Shown here: piece after piece, positions 1 to 9,728 of the stretch
How the letters are laid out: every line of letters starts with the position of its first letter
Numbering within the stretch: the first letter of the stretch is position 1
NCBI GenBank assembly: GCA_001464585.1
Contig: LNFF01000040.1
Coordinates: forward strand, 7,267 to 71,266
Direction of reading: 5' to 3'
DNA from: Gammaproteobacteria bacterium Ga0077554
Lineage (GTDB): Bacteria > Pseudomonadota > Gammaproteobacteria > Ga0077554 > Ga007554
DNA: 64,000 nucleotides
Made by a program: the position numbers and the translations under genes
Notes under the pieces: model-generated
Seen by the model: only the letters and a program-made list of their open reading frames with translations
Database searches by the model: none
Told to the model about the DNA's origin: nothing

Positions 1-1530
1 ACAGAAATTTTATAATCTCGGCGCCATCGATACCAACGATTTCCAGGAGTAAATTACTGATTTGTCCGCCCGACATGGAAAATCCCGCCTGGCCATCGGC
101 AGTAGCCAGCAATTTGGCAAATGAATTTCCGGTACCGGTAAATTTCGCCTTCCCACCGATAAGTCCGATGCTTGTTTCAGTCAGCTTTACCGTTGGAAAT
201 AATTTATTAAGCGACAGCTTTTTGAACGTGATATCCGCCTGCGCTGTGGCCGGTTCGCTATCAGTATTCAATACAATATTGGAGACGACGTTGCCATCGG
301 CCACGCCAAAATTGAGTGGCTGCAACGTCACTTTGCCATTATCAAGTTTCATATGTGCCTGCAGATCATCCAGCGGCAGTTTACGTCCTGTAATGCTTTT
401 GGCGGTTAATTTCACATCTGCGTTGATGGCGCGTAAGCGCTCGAGCTTAAACTCCGTATCGGGCAGCACGCGTGAACGGCTCGCCAGTTTCTCAGCCGTT
501 TTTTTCTGGGTTGCTGATGCCGTTTCGCCAGCACCCGTTTGCGGGGGCGCCCCGATAACCCCCCCTAAATCATCAAGATCGAGCTTGCGCGACTTCAGGT
601 CAGCGCGCACAAAAGGCTTTTCGCCACCCACATCGACATTGAAATCACCGCCAAGATCACTGTCGCCCACTTTCCCTGAAAATTTATTAAACTGCCAGGT
701 ATCATCCTGGCGAATCAGGCGCCCCGCAATCTGATAAGGCGGTGAAGGGGGCAACGGAATGCCAATGAGCGGGAACAGCGCCGATAAATCATCGCCGCGT
801 AAATCAAGCTGTGTATTCACTGCGGAAAATGTGCCAAGACCCGTGATTGTGCCGTCCACCGATGCACGGGTCGCGCCGACCTGAATGTCAGCCTTGAGTG
901 GATAAGGGGTCTGCTCATCGAACAGTGATAAAATCTTGCCGCCTTGTCCTTCAGCCTTCGAGGGTAGCCCTTTGAATTGGCCTTGGGCGCTGAATTTAAT
1001 TTCGGCCTGCCGGGCATCTGGCATCGTTGAAGCGGGAGAAACGGCCACGGTGACATCCGTTTTAATTGCGGGATCGCGGAAAATAAGCGTGCCCTTGTCG
1101 ACAATCAGTCGCTCAATGCGCGGAACTTCACTTTTGCTCTGCTCCCGGTCGAGTATCCAGTTGCGTTTTCCATCCGCGCTTTTCTCAAGCAGAATCTGTG
1201 AGTCGGCGAGCGACACCTCGGGGAGCACGATGTCGCCTTTTAAAAGGCTGAGTATGCTGATGCTGAAATCGAGTTGCTGAATGTCGAGCATGGTTTTGCC
1301 CGTTCCCCACTCAGCATTGGCAAGGCGCAGCTTTTCTACATGAATACGCGGCGGGAAAGGCAAAAAGTCCACATCGAGATCACCGTTAATCGTAAACTCG
1401 CGCCCGGTCTTTTCCGTGACCTTTTCGCCGATATAACCGCGCAGCAAATTCCAGTCAAACACCGCAAGAAAAATAGCGGGAATGACGATGAGTGCGACAA
1501 CGCCAACGGCTGTCCTTTTTAATATTCGCA
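1..1530 (-). CDS. AsmA-family outer-membrane assembly protein (N-terminal ~510 aa; 3' end lies beyond the window start)
   Basis: Hand translation of the reverse strand from a TTG at 1530 (GGAG 7 nt upstream) gives an uninterrupted frame to position 1. An N-terminal signal/TM segment is followed by long beta-rich sequence typical of AsmA/TamB-like proteins. It is absent from the ORF track because the stop lies outside the window. Confidence 0.55.
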
Positions 1531-1623
1531 AGGCTTATCTCCCTGATTTACCTTTGCAATAATTCTTTACGGCAACTGAGCCTTTCTGGCGATCCGGCCA
1601 TAAGGCTCGTTTTTAAAAAACGA

Positions 1624-2082
1624 CTATTTGTAAACCTGCAAGAAAGATTTTACGTCTTTAAATTGACCTTCATCCGCAAACTGGCCACGATGAAAAACAT
1701 ATTGCTGTTTCTTGCCCGACATATCCATGCCGGTCACAGCAAATGTCTTGCCAACAAAGTCACCAAAAAACCGCACGCCCTTCACCAGATCCACTTGCGC
1801 ACCATTGCGCAGCTCAAAGCGCACACGTTGCTTGTCAATCTCAATTGCCGTGGGCGCGCCAGGCAATAACATCAAGCGCGTTTTGAGAATGCGGTTAGCG
1901 CCGGCAAACGCGAAAATTGTCGCCATGAACACCAGTATATACGTCCAGTCCTTATATGGGCCGTACCATAGCTTGATGGAGATCAATATCAAAAATGCGA
2001 CAGTGGGCACATACAACCATAAGTCCCATATCATGCCTTTACGGTCTTGCACCAGCCTGTAACGCTTGTCTGATTCTGCCAT
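1624..2082 (-). CDS. hypothetical 2-TM membrane protein, last gene of the cytochrome operon (alternative start 2115)
   Basis: 163-aa ORF with two hydrophobic helices followed by a soluble domain. It starts 5 nt downstream of the preceding gene's stop. Confidence 0.5.
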   Translation of the reverse strand: MAESDKRYRLVQDRKGMIWDLWLYVPTVAFLILISIKLWYGPYKDWTYILVFMATIFAFAGANRILKTRLMLLPGAPTAIEIDKQRVRFELRNGAQVDLVKGVRFFGDFVGKTFAVTGMDMSGKKQQYVFHRGQFADEGQFKDVKSFLQVYK

Positions 2083-2086
2083 ACGC

Positions 2087-2641
2087 TTAACTTCTTTCCC
2101 CCAACGCGCGGCCAATCATCAACTCGAATTCGCCATAGAGCATACGGCCGGGCTGCTTGGCGCGCACGATACCTTCCCCATCAATCATGAACGTCCATGG
2201 ATCGCCCTTGACCTTGTAAGCCATAAAAGCCTCGGGATTTTGATATTGATCCATATGCATGAAAATCACCCTGGGCTCGTATTTGGTGGCCAGCGATTTC
2301 AACTGCTGTAATTGCACGTCACACACGGTGCAATGCCCGGGGGTGGCAAACTCCAGCAGTATCGGCTTGCCGGTTTTCAGCGCCTCATCCAGTGAATATT
2401 GATACATGCGCTCATCGGGATAACGGTAGCTGGTGATCCTGCTGAAATCACCGCCCACATCGGCCAGGGTTTTGGTGCGCAATGCCGGGGCTTTCTGGCC
2501 CACTAACAATGTGTCTTTATTGTTGCCGGGGTTATATCCCAGCACTATCAAACCTACAAACAGGACGATGCCTATGGCGACTACTATAGACCACAACTTA
2601 CCCTTGGAGGCACTGTTATCAGCCTGGGCGATCATAGTCAT
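2087..2641 (-). CDS. membrane-anchored thioredoxin-fold (redoxin/TlpA-SCO-like) protein with a CxxC motif
   Basis: N-terminal TM helix followed by a 'GHCTVC' CxxC motif in a thioredoxin-like context. There is a 4-nt stop/start overlap with the upstream gene (2638..2641). Confidence 0.55.
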   Translation of the reverse strand: MTMIAQADNSASKGKLWSIVVAIGIVLFVGLIVLGYNPGNNKDTLLVGQKAPALRTKTLADVGGDFSRITSYRYPDERMYQYSLDEALKTGKPILLEFATPGHCTVCDVQLQQLKSLATKYEPRVIFMHMDQYQNPEAFMAYKVKGDPWTFMIDGEGIVRAKQPGRMLYGEFELMIGRALGERS

Positions 2642-3165
2642 TGGCGCTCCTTCCAGCCCGCACAGGTGCGGAAAATGTTATAAGCCCAAATACAGTTTGC
2701 GGCCAACACCAGCGAGCCAAACAGACCCACCATGATCATAAACGGACGCACCACGGCTTTTACTTCGTCGGGAGCCATGCTCATGCTGGCCATGCCGCCC
2801 AAAGTTCCGGCCGCGACAAACGCAATCACCATGCCCAGCAGGCCAAAATTATGCGTCCAGAAATGCACTTTCACCAATCCCAAGCTATAGATGGGACGCT
2901 TCACAATGCGGGGAATAATGTAATACACCGAACCAAAAATAGCCATTTCCACCCAACCCAGCAAGTTGATGTGTCCATGCCCCAGCATGATGAGGTTGCC
3001 ATGCGGCCGGTGATTAATGAATTCCCGCAAGTCAGGCATCATACCGACGATCACACCCCAGGAAAATCCAATCAGACTATAGATAACGCACGCATAGAAA
3101 AACCACAGGGTATAACGCTTATAATCCATTTCATTAGCATGGATCCATGGCTCATTACTATTCAC
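2638..3165 (-). CDS. small 175-aa membrane protein resembling only the C-terminal helices of heme-copper oxidase subunit I
   Basis: About 5 predicted TM helices. The motif 'GHGHINLLGWVEMAIFGSVYYIIPRI' parallels the helix-X 'HFHYVLSMGAVFAI..YWFP' region of CoxI/CcoN (bis-His heme ligands). It is far too short for a full oxidase. It overlaps the upstream gene by 4 nt at 3162..3165. Confidence 0.5.
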   Translation of the reverse strand: MNSNEPWIHANEMDYKRYTLWFFYACVIYSLIGFSWGVIVGMMPDLREFINHRPHGNLIMLGHGHINLLGWVEMAIFGSVYYIIPRIVKRPIYSLGLVKVHFWTHNFGLLGMVIAFVAAGTLGGMASMSMAPDEVKAVVRPFMIMVGLFGSLVLAANCIWAYNIFRTCAGWKERQ

Positions 3166-3782
3166 TTTTGCTCATTGTCCTTTGCGTCAATACCACCCTC
3201 AGGCGGGGCTTCCGGCCGGGGATTGGTACGCACATCCTTGTATTTCTCTTTCCAGCTCTCCGGCGCAAAAGTGCCCACCATCTGGTCGATAAATCCGGAA
3301 CGTTCCTGCGGCGGCGCCCTGGCTACAGCCGAGCCGGAATCTGCGGTTAGCTCCGATAAAAATACGGCAATTTTACGCAAATCTTCTTTGGGCAGTTTAG
3401 CGACATAGTTTGCCTCTTTAGGGCCAGCTAATGCGCTGCCATGATCAATGGTCGACGCACCATAAACTCTTTCAGGATCATTTAAAAAACCCTCAATCCA
3501 CTGTAAAGAGCGGCGTGAACCAATGCCATCCAGGTTTAGCCCCATATTGGTACCCATGCGCAAGGCGCGATGGCAGGAGTTACAGCGCGCCTCACGATAA
3601 ATCTTGGAACCTTCCAGCCCCACCGGCGAAAAATTAAAATGTGTGGTACTGACAAACATGGGGGTGGGGGCACGAGAACGCACTACCTCCATGCCAATAA
3701 ATGCGATGACACCCAACACAAAAAACGCGCCGAAAATACTAAAAAGTATTTTTTCACCAGATTTGAGTCGTTGCTTCCCCAT
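3162..3782 (-). CDS. membrane-anchored monoheme cytochrome c, CcoO/NorC-like
   Basis: N-terminal TM anchor. The sequence 'GSKIYREARCNSCH' matches the CcoO 'G..IYIREGC.GCH' haem-binding block, and the downstream 'G.NLDGIGSR.S..W...FLNDPER' resembles the CcoO 'GPDLARVGGRYS..W...HLNNPRD' region. Confidence 0.65.
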   Translation of the reverse strand: MGKQRLKSGEKILFSIFGAFFVLGVIAFIGMEVVRSRAPTPMFVSTTHFNFSPVGLEGSKIYREARCNSCHRALRMGTNMGLNLDGIGSRRSLQWIEGFLNDPERVYGASTIDHGSALAGPKEANYVAKLPKEDLRKIAVFLSELTADSGSAVARAPPQERSGFIDQMVGTFAPESWKEKYKDVRTNPRPEAPPEGGIDAKDNEQK

Positions 3783-3944
3783 GAAAATAGCGCCTTATAT
3801 AATAAAATTATTGATGCGAAGCGGTCTAGATAACCCCTTGTCGTGAATCAGCATAAATGCAGGGTTAAGGCAGTATAAACCTTACGATTATTAGACAATA
3901 CACAAAGGGGGAAGTTCAGCGAATTTATAGGGTCTTCTCACTAA

Positions 3945-3985
3945 TCTGCCCTAAAAAACAAGGCGGGGGAAAGTTCCCCCGCCCA
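3945..3985 (-). terminator. rho-independent terminator downstream of the cytochrome c4 gene
   Basis: Stem 'ggcggggg...cccccgcc' at 3961..3984, followed on the minus strand by a T-run (A-run on plus, 3948..3958). Confidence 0.45.
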
Positions 3986-4025
3986 AGGACTTGATTGTTA
4001 TATTTTTAAACCAACGAGCGTCGGT

Positions 4026-4805
4026 TTAGTGCGCAGGATCATACGCAGTGTGAAGATTGCCATCGGAGTAGAATGAGGTTGTTGCCAGGTAAGCGGCGGC
4101 ATTGTTGATGTCTTCATCAGACATTTTTCTTGCCACAGCCTGCATCGCACCCTTTGTATCGTTTGCACGGCTACCATCACGCCATTTCTTCAACTGGTTG
4201 ACCAGATAGACATAGCGCTGTTGACCGATCATGGGGAAAATAGGTGGTGCGCCCATGCCGTTAAAGCCATGACAGGAGTAACAGGCAGGAATGCCTTTAT
4301 CATTACCGCCCCAGTAAACCAGGGACTTGCCCTTGTGCGGCAGTCCCACGGCGATACCTGCGGCCTTCAACTCTTCAAGATCTGAGGGGCCAATCTTGCC
4401 ACTTGCAGTTTTGATGTCGCCTTTCTTGCGCAGACTGGCCAAATAGGTGGCCACATCTTTGCGATCCTGCTCAGTCAGACCCTTGGCGTTGGCGTTCATG
4501 ATGAACATGGTGGTGTCTGTGCGTTTGTCAGAAGCGTAATCTTCCAACTGTTTATGCAAGAAGGTATAAAACTGCCCTGCAATGCGCGGCGTACCCATAT
4601 TGTCATCACCCAGACCTTCTGGGCCATGGCATGAGTTACAGGCCGGAACAGTACCTTTACCCTCGGTAAAGATCTTTTTACCATTGTTCAAATCACCATC
4701 GCCCTTGGGCCATGCCGCCGCCGCCGCCATGACAACCGTCGGCACCATTGCCGTCACAAACCCCGCCATAAGTACTGCTGCAGCCGAAATTATTATACGT
4801 CTCAT
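4026..4805 (-). CDS. dihaem cytochrome c4
   Basis: Signal peptide, two CxxCH motifs (CNSCH and CYSCH) about 100 aa apart with Met-containing segments. GGAGGGTG RBS upstream of the ATG. Confidence 0.8.
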   Translation of the reverse strand: MRRIIISAAAVLMAGFVTAMVPTVVMAAAAAWPKGDGDLNNGKKIFTEGKGTVPACNSCHGPEGLGDDNMGTPRIAGQFYTFLHKQLEDYASDKRTDTTMFIMNANAKGLTEQDRKDVATYLASLRKKGDIKTASGKIGPSDLEELKAAGIAVGLPHKGKSLVYWGGNDKGIPACYSCHGFNGMGAPPIFPMIGQQRYVYLVNQLKKWRDGSRANDTKGAMQAVARKMSDEDINNAAAYLATTSFYSDGNLHTAYDPAH

Positions 4806-4999
4806 TTGAAGACACCCTCCCAGTTTTTAACCATTCTATCTTGCTGGTGGTTTATTATATTGTCACCTACCAACAAGCCTTAACTTGTGAAACTAAACTT
4901 TCTTATACAGACAATTCTAACGGTGGCCAAATAACTCCCCCGCACCCTCACCCAATAGCACACCTGACCTCCCGTAACAACAAGATCAGGTACAACACA

Positions 5000-5092
5000 T
5001 CAGGAATTGAGCTTGACTAGAAGTGCGGCGAAGCCAAAGGCGGCCGGAAACCAAATTGCGTAAATCGTAAAAACATCAGCTGTGTACATCAT
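5000..5092 (-). CDS. possible 30-aa single-TM membrane peptide
   Basis: ATGATG start 6 nt after a strong GGAGGTG Shine-Dalgarno. Encodes MMYTADVFTIYAIWFPAAFGFAALLVKLNS, which is one hydrophobic helix. It sits about 195 bp upstream of c4 on the same strand. Below the ORF-track size cutoff. Confidence 0.3.
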   Translation of the reverse strand: MMYTADVFTIYAIWFPAAFGFAALLVKLNS

Positions 5093-5397
5093 GCGAACCA
5101 CCTCCACTTTGTTTGTAGCCACCCAATACCACAGGCCCCATAATTGATATTATTCTTAAGCTGGTTTGAACCGAGCTTGCAGATATATATCATGACCATT
5201 TTAGTAATGCAAGCACTAGCCCCATAATTCTGCAAGAGCACCTGGGTAAGACTGGGGGCGCCCCTATGTCAGTCAGGCGACGAGCCAAACTACCCCTTCC
5301 CTAGAGCGGTCGTATCATAGTATAAGATGTTCTCGGAAAAGTCCGTCAGATACGCTAAACTTATCATTAACAATGATCAATTATAAAGGGAAATCAA

Positions 5398-6971
5398 TGA
5401 TATCCAGAATTCCGGGCTACTCTTGGGGTATCCTGGCCATGCTTCTATGGGGCGCGGCAATTTTAGCCTTAGGCCTGGTACGGTTCACTCCCTATGGAAT
5501 GGATGAAGGCGCGGCACGTGGGCTATTATTAAACTGGTCTATTGTCGATGCTGTGGCTAACCCGATTGTTATTTTCGGGCTTCCGGATTTCCGGGCGTTA
5601 TTTTTTGTGCCGCTGGGCCTGTATTGGTCTGGCAGTATCGTGGCGGCGAAGGTTTATACGTTAATCATGGCCTTTTCAGCGATTTTGCTCTTGTATAACT
5701 GGAGCCGCCAAACTATCAGCAATGAAGCCGCATTGATTTCGAGCGCCTTGCTGGCGATCTCGCCCATTATGCTGACGCAGGCCGATGCCATTGGCGTCGG
5801 GCCTTATCTCTTGTTGGTTTTCGGCTTGGGGGTATGGCTGGACAAGACCTATCGCGCCTCGCCGCGCTCATCCGGCGGCTGGCTGTTCATGCAGTTATTG
5901 CTGGTGGGTATTTGTGTGACGCTGCACCCCATGGGGCTGGCGTATCCCCTGGCTTTATTATGGCGCTGGTACAAGGATTCATCGCAGGAGACGGTCAGCA
6001 TCAACCATAGAAAGCATATTCTGGTCGGTGTGCCGATTGCGGCGCTGGTGTTGCTGGTGATACGCGAAGGCTGGGGCCTGATGCATTGGTGGAGCAATCC
6101 CTTTACTGCGTTGAGCATGATTGTTGCCGTTGATCCTTCTGAAGAACCAGGCTTGGCGGGAGGAATTATTTTCGCCGCGCTGCTGTTGGTTATTGTGGTG
6201 ACAGAAAGGCGAGCGCTGCTCGGTAGCTTAATGGGTAATATGCTGCTGCTGGGGGTGCTGATTGGACTCACGGCGGCGGATGCGGCCTGGGCGCTGGTGG
6301 CGCTGGTATTGATTCTATACTATGGCATACCGCGCCTGATTGCGGTGAATCAGGCGTTCAATAAAAACAGCCTGATGGGTCAGCGCGGGTTGGTGATGGT
6401 GGTGATGATGATCGCGGCTACGGTATTTATGCTGAATCTCAAGGATTATCGGCAAGTGATACAGGACGATATTTTAAGCCCTGAGGATAAATTGATTCAA
6501 CTGCTCAGCCTGGAGGCGGCAGATACCAAGCAACCTTTTCGTGCCGCCAGCCAATGGCCGGGGCGCACCATGATTGCCTGTAAACGTGACGTGCTGCCAC
6601 TACCGCCACCCGCCAAAGAGGGTGAGGATTTCCTGAAAACAATCAAGGGCATTACTCATCTGATGTTTAACCCTTACCAGCCCACCTACCGCGAGTTGGG
6701 GCGCACCATTGCCCAATTGGGTGGGGCGACGCAAACACTGGCGCTACAGCAGGGCGGGGTGATCGTCAAAATACGTGAAGTGGCGGCGGCAGCAACGCCA
6801 CCGGCGGCGCATGCGCCCGCCAAGGATGGCGGAAGTGTCGGAAATGCAGGAGCAACTTTCCGACCGCCCGCCAAGGATGGGGAGAGCGAAGCGAGGGGGG
6901 TTGCTGAAAACGCAGGAGCGGTTTTACAGCCGCCCGCCACTGCTACTCCGCCAGAAATACCAACAAAATAA
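5398..6971 (+). CDS. polytopic membrane protein, candidate GT-C fold glycosyltransferase (ArnT/PMT-like) with a C-terminal repeat region
   Basis: More than 9 predicted TM helices. A 'YGMDEG' acidic motif lies in the first extracytoplasmic loop, as in the GT-C DE/DD motif. AAGGGA RBS before the ATG at 5398. The soluble C-terminus is Pro/Ala-rich. Confidence 0.4.
6790..6950 (+). repeat. degenerate ~50-60 nt tandem repeat inside the C-terminus of the 5398..6971 CDS
   Basis: 'ccgcccgccaaggatggcggaag...gcaggagc' is followed by 'ccgcccgccaaggatggggagag...gcaggagc', then a third partial 'ccgcccgcc' unit. This encodes repeated 'PPAKDG...NAGA' motifs. Confidence 0.45.
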
Positions 6972-6996
6972 AATGGGCTGGGCGCCGCCTGAATAA

Positions 6997-7016
6997 AGAG
7001 GGGCTAGCGCCCCTGA
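6997..7016. terminator. hairpin between convergent genes (possible bidirectional terminator)
   Basis: 'aggggctagcgcccct' perfect stem-loop between the 5398..6971 (+) and psiE (-) stops. Confidence 0.3.
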
Positions 7017-7034
7017 AAGGCGCCATTTTTAGTC

Positions 7035-7490
7035 TTAACCTTCATCTGTGGCGGCAGATCCCCCTTTAGCCAGTACTTTTTCGCGCTGATACATCAGCAC
7101 TGAACCAATCCGCAATACTGTCAACACCAACAGCAAGGCACTGAGCGCGTAGAGCTCATCCGGCGTCACCTTGTGCTCGAAAAGCTTAATCATGATTTCA
7201 CGCAACACAAAAACAATCGCGGCGTCGACAATAAATGTCATGCGTAAACGCTTGGTATGAAAATACTCCACCAGCGAACGCGACAGCTCGATCAGAATAA
7301 ACAGCGTGAGCACATCCGAGATGATCTTGGAGTATTGCAGGGTAAGCTCTTTTTCCATGATCAAATCACCGGTATACATAAAAAGACGTATCACACCGAT
7401 GATGATGCCCAAGGTAATGAACAGCAACATGAAGCCGAACACAATACCAACTACCCTGTTAAACAGTTTCATTAAATCTATATTGCCCAT
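7035..7490 (-). CDS. psiE: phosphate-starvation-inducible protein PsiE family
   Basis: 151-aa 4-TM protein with the overall PsiE pattern. Confidence 0.55.
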   Translation of the reverse strand: MGNIDLMKLFNRVVGIVFGFMLLFITLGIIIGVIRLFMYTGDLIMEKELTLQYSKIISDVLTLFILIELSRSLVEYFHTKRLRMTFIVDAAIVFVLREIMIKLFEHKVTPDELYALSALLLVLTVLRIGSVLMYQREKVLAKGGSAATDEG

Positions 7491-7523
7491 CTATTTCCGC
7501 CTATTAGACTCTGTTTAGTTAAA

Positions 7524-8339
7524 TCAGGTTTGACAGCCCATACAATAAAAGGTTGAGCGCTGCCCCTGCCGCAGTTGCGCGATCGGTCGCTGACAGGAAT
7601 GGCACGGCTCACTGGCGCGGCCATACACGTTAAGTTGTTGCTGAAAATACCCCGGCCTTCCTTCGCCATTATAAAAATCACGCAAAGTGGTCCCGCCCTG
7701 GGCGATGGCCGCGCTTAACACTTGTTTAATGGCGGTGGTGAGTCGCCCGTAGCGTTTCAGCGCGATGCGCCCGGCGCTGCATCCGGGATGAATGCCTGCC
7801 AGGAACAGGCTTTCACTCGCATAAATATTACCTACGCCTGTGACAATATGACTATCCATAATAAATTGCTTTACGCTGAGCGTGCGGCCACGCGAGCTTT
7901 GGTAAAGATGCGCCTCAGTAAAGTTATTATCCAGTGGTTCCGGGCCTAAATTCCGTAGCAGCGCATGCTGGAGCGGGTCATCCTCTGTCCAGACCACTGT
8001 ACCAAAACGTCGTGGATCACGCAGCCGCAAGCACTGGCCGCTGGCTAATACCATATCGACATGGTCGTGTTTTTCTGCAGGAATGTTTGCGGGCAATAAC
8101 CGTAAATTTCCTGACATGCCCAAATGGATAATCACCGTACCGGCGCTGCTGCGCAGTAATAAATATTTGCCGCGCCGGTCTATGGCATGAATGGTCTGCC
8201 CGGCCAGAGCGGTCGCCAACTGGGGAGACACGGGCTGACGCAAGCGGGGGTTGCGCACGATGACCTGCGTTACGCGCTGGCCTAGCGCGTGGGGAGCAAT
8301 GCCACGGCGGGTGGTTTCAACTTCGGGTAGCTCGGGCAT
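7524..8339 (-). CDS. mutM: formamidopyrimidine-DNA glycosylase
   Basis: N-terminal 'MPELPEVE' catalytic signature, 271 aa, C-terminal zinc finger CxxC...CxxC ('CHSCQ...CMGCQ'). Confidence 0.9.
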   Translation of the reverse strand: MPELPEVETTRRGIAPHALGQRVTQVIVRNPRLRQPVSPQLATALAGQTIHAIDRRGKYLLLRSSAGTVIIHLGMSGNLRLLPANIPAEKHDHVDMVLASGQCLRLRDPRRFGTVVWTEDDPLQHALLRNLGPEPLDNNFTEAHLYQSSRGRTLSVKQFIMDSHIVTGVGNIYASESLFLAGIHPGCSAGRIALKRYGRLTTAIKQVLSAAIAQGGTTLRDFYNGEGRPGYFQQQLNVYGRASEPCHSCQRPIAQLRQGQRSTFYCMGCQT

Positions 8340-8342
8340 GTT

Positions 8343-9725
8343 TTATTGTCTGCGGCGCCGTACCCAAATCAACAAACCAGCGCCTGCCAATAACAAGGGA
8401 ATGCCAAACAGGAATGTCACGGCAATAATCCCCGATGCCACGGGAGACAATGTCAGATTAAGATCGGGGGCGGTTTTGATGGGGATGGCGATCAAGGTTT
8501 CGTCACGGCTCAGCCAGTTCATGATATTCATTCCCAGGTTGAGATTGCCACCGTTGCCCAAATACGCATTCGAGAGAAAATCACCATCGCCCAGTACGAC
8601 TACGCGCTGCTGAATGCGCGTTTTGTCATCGCGCCCCGTCCCATTTAAGGCGTCGCGGCTGATGCTTGCGCCCAAGGTCAATGGCCCTGCAATATCTTCC
8701 TTTTCAGTATAACGTATCTCACCGGCGAGCGGGCCGGTTTCTGCCCAGCTACGTTCGCCCGTGATGATGAATGGCTGGCTTTGCCAACCTTCGGGCGCAG
8801 TGATTTTCAAGCCACTCGCGATAGGAAAAAGTGTAATGACATTAAAGCCACGCGTGATGGCGTGATTGCCATAATCCGCCGCAAGGGCAAAGGCCGGATT
8901 GTTAATGGAATATACCTGCACGCTGGGATCAACAATCACGCCGGGCAAAAATTCCACTCCCAAAAACCGCGCAATGGGCGCCAGGCCATGTAACGAACCG
9001 GGGTCACTCAACCACAACAGGCTGCCTCCCTGCGCGAGATAACGCTGAATCAGCGTGATTTCGCCAGGCAACAAATCAAGTTGCGGGCTGGCAATGACGA
9101 GAATTGTGGTGTTGTCAGGAATTTGGCCGTGGGTTGCCAGATTCAAGGTTTGCGCCTTGAATCCTTTGGCCTCAATCTGGCGCACCCAGTCACCCAGATC
9201 ATGGTTGGCGCGGCCCTGCGGATTACGTTCGCCATGGCCTTCCAGAAACACTATCCAGCGCTCACCACTGCGTAGCAGGCGTTGCAGCGCATTAGTAATG
9301 CTCTGCTCGCTGATGTCGCGGATTATTTCTTTGCGGCCTGCATAGCGCAGCACCAGTTCACCTTCGGCGCTGACGCCTTCGTCACGCACTTGATTGGGCG
9401 CTGTAGCGGGGTCTATAAATGTTAACTGAATATCGGCTTTGTGACGCTGATAGCGCGCGATCATTTCTGCGATGGATTTGCGATTACTGTCTACTGCATG
9501 CACAAAAGCGCTTACCGTGACAGGGCCTTTGGCCTGATTCAGCAATGCGACGCTGGCTGCAGAAAGGGTGTGACGACCGCTGGCCGTCCAGTCCGCTTGG
9601 TAGTCGTAGCGCGTGCTTAGCCACGCCAGCACACCGATAATGCTGATGAGCAACACTACCCACAAGGCATTTTTCAATTGCAGAAAACGGCGTGTTTTAG
9701 GTGTGGCCTTCATAAATAAGGGCAT
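8343..9725 (-). CDS. GldG-like auxiliary component of an ABC-2 type transport system
   Basis: 460 aa, N- and C-terminal TM anchors with a large periplasmic domain. It lies directly downstream of the ABC-2 permease and ATPase genes with 3-4 nt gaps or overlaps. Confidence 0.65.
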   Translation of the reverse strand: MPLFMKATPKTRRFLQLKNALWVVLLISIIGVLAWLSTRYDYQADWTASGRHTLSAASVALLNQAKGPVTVSAFVHAVDSNRKSIAEMIARYQRHKADIQLTFIDPATAPNQVRDEGVSAEGELVLRYAGRKEIIRDISEQSITNALQRLLRSGERWIVFLEGHGERNPQGRANHDLGDWVRQIEAKGFKAQTLNLATHGQIPDNTTILVIASPQLDLLPGEITLIQRYLAQGGSLLWLSDPGSLHGLAPIARFLGVEFLPGVIVDPSVQVYSINNPAFALAADYGNHAITRGFNVITLFPIASGLKITAPEGWQSQPFIITGERSWAETGPLAGEIRYTEKEDIAGPLTLGASISRDALNGTGRDDKTRIQQRVVVLGDGDFLSNAYLGNGGNLNLGMNIMNWLSRDETLIAIPIKTAPDLNLTLSPVASGIIAVTFLFGIPLLLAGAGLLIWVRRRRQ

Positions 9726-9728
9726 GGC

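Noticed and set aside
75-734. 219-aa plus-strand ORF at the window start
   Set aside because: Low-complexity translation lying antisense to the well-supported AsmA-family frame on the minus strand.
2641-3408. 255-aa plus-strand ORF rich in His/Gln across the cytochrome operon
   Set aside because: Antisense to two strongly supported, translationally coupled genes (the CcoO-like cytochrome and the HCO-fragment protein). No RBS and a compositional artefact.
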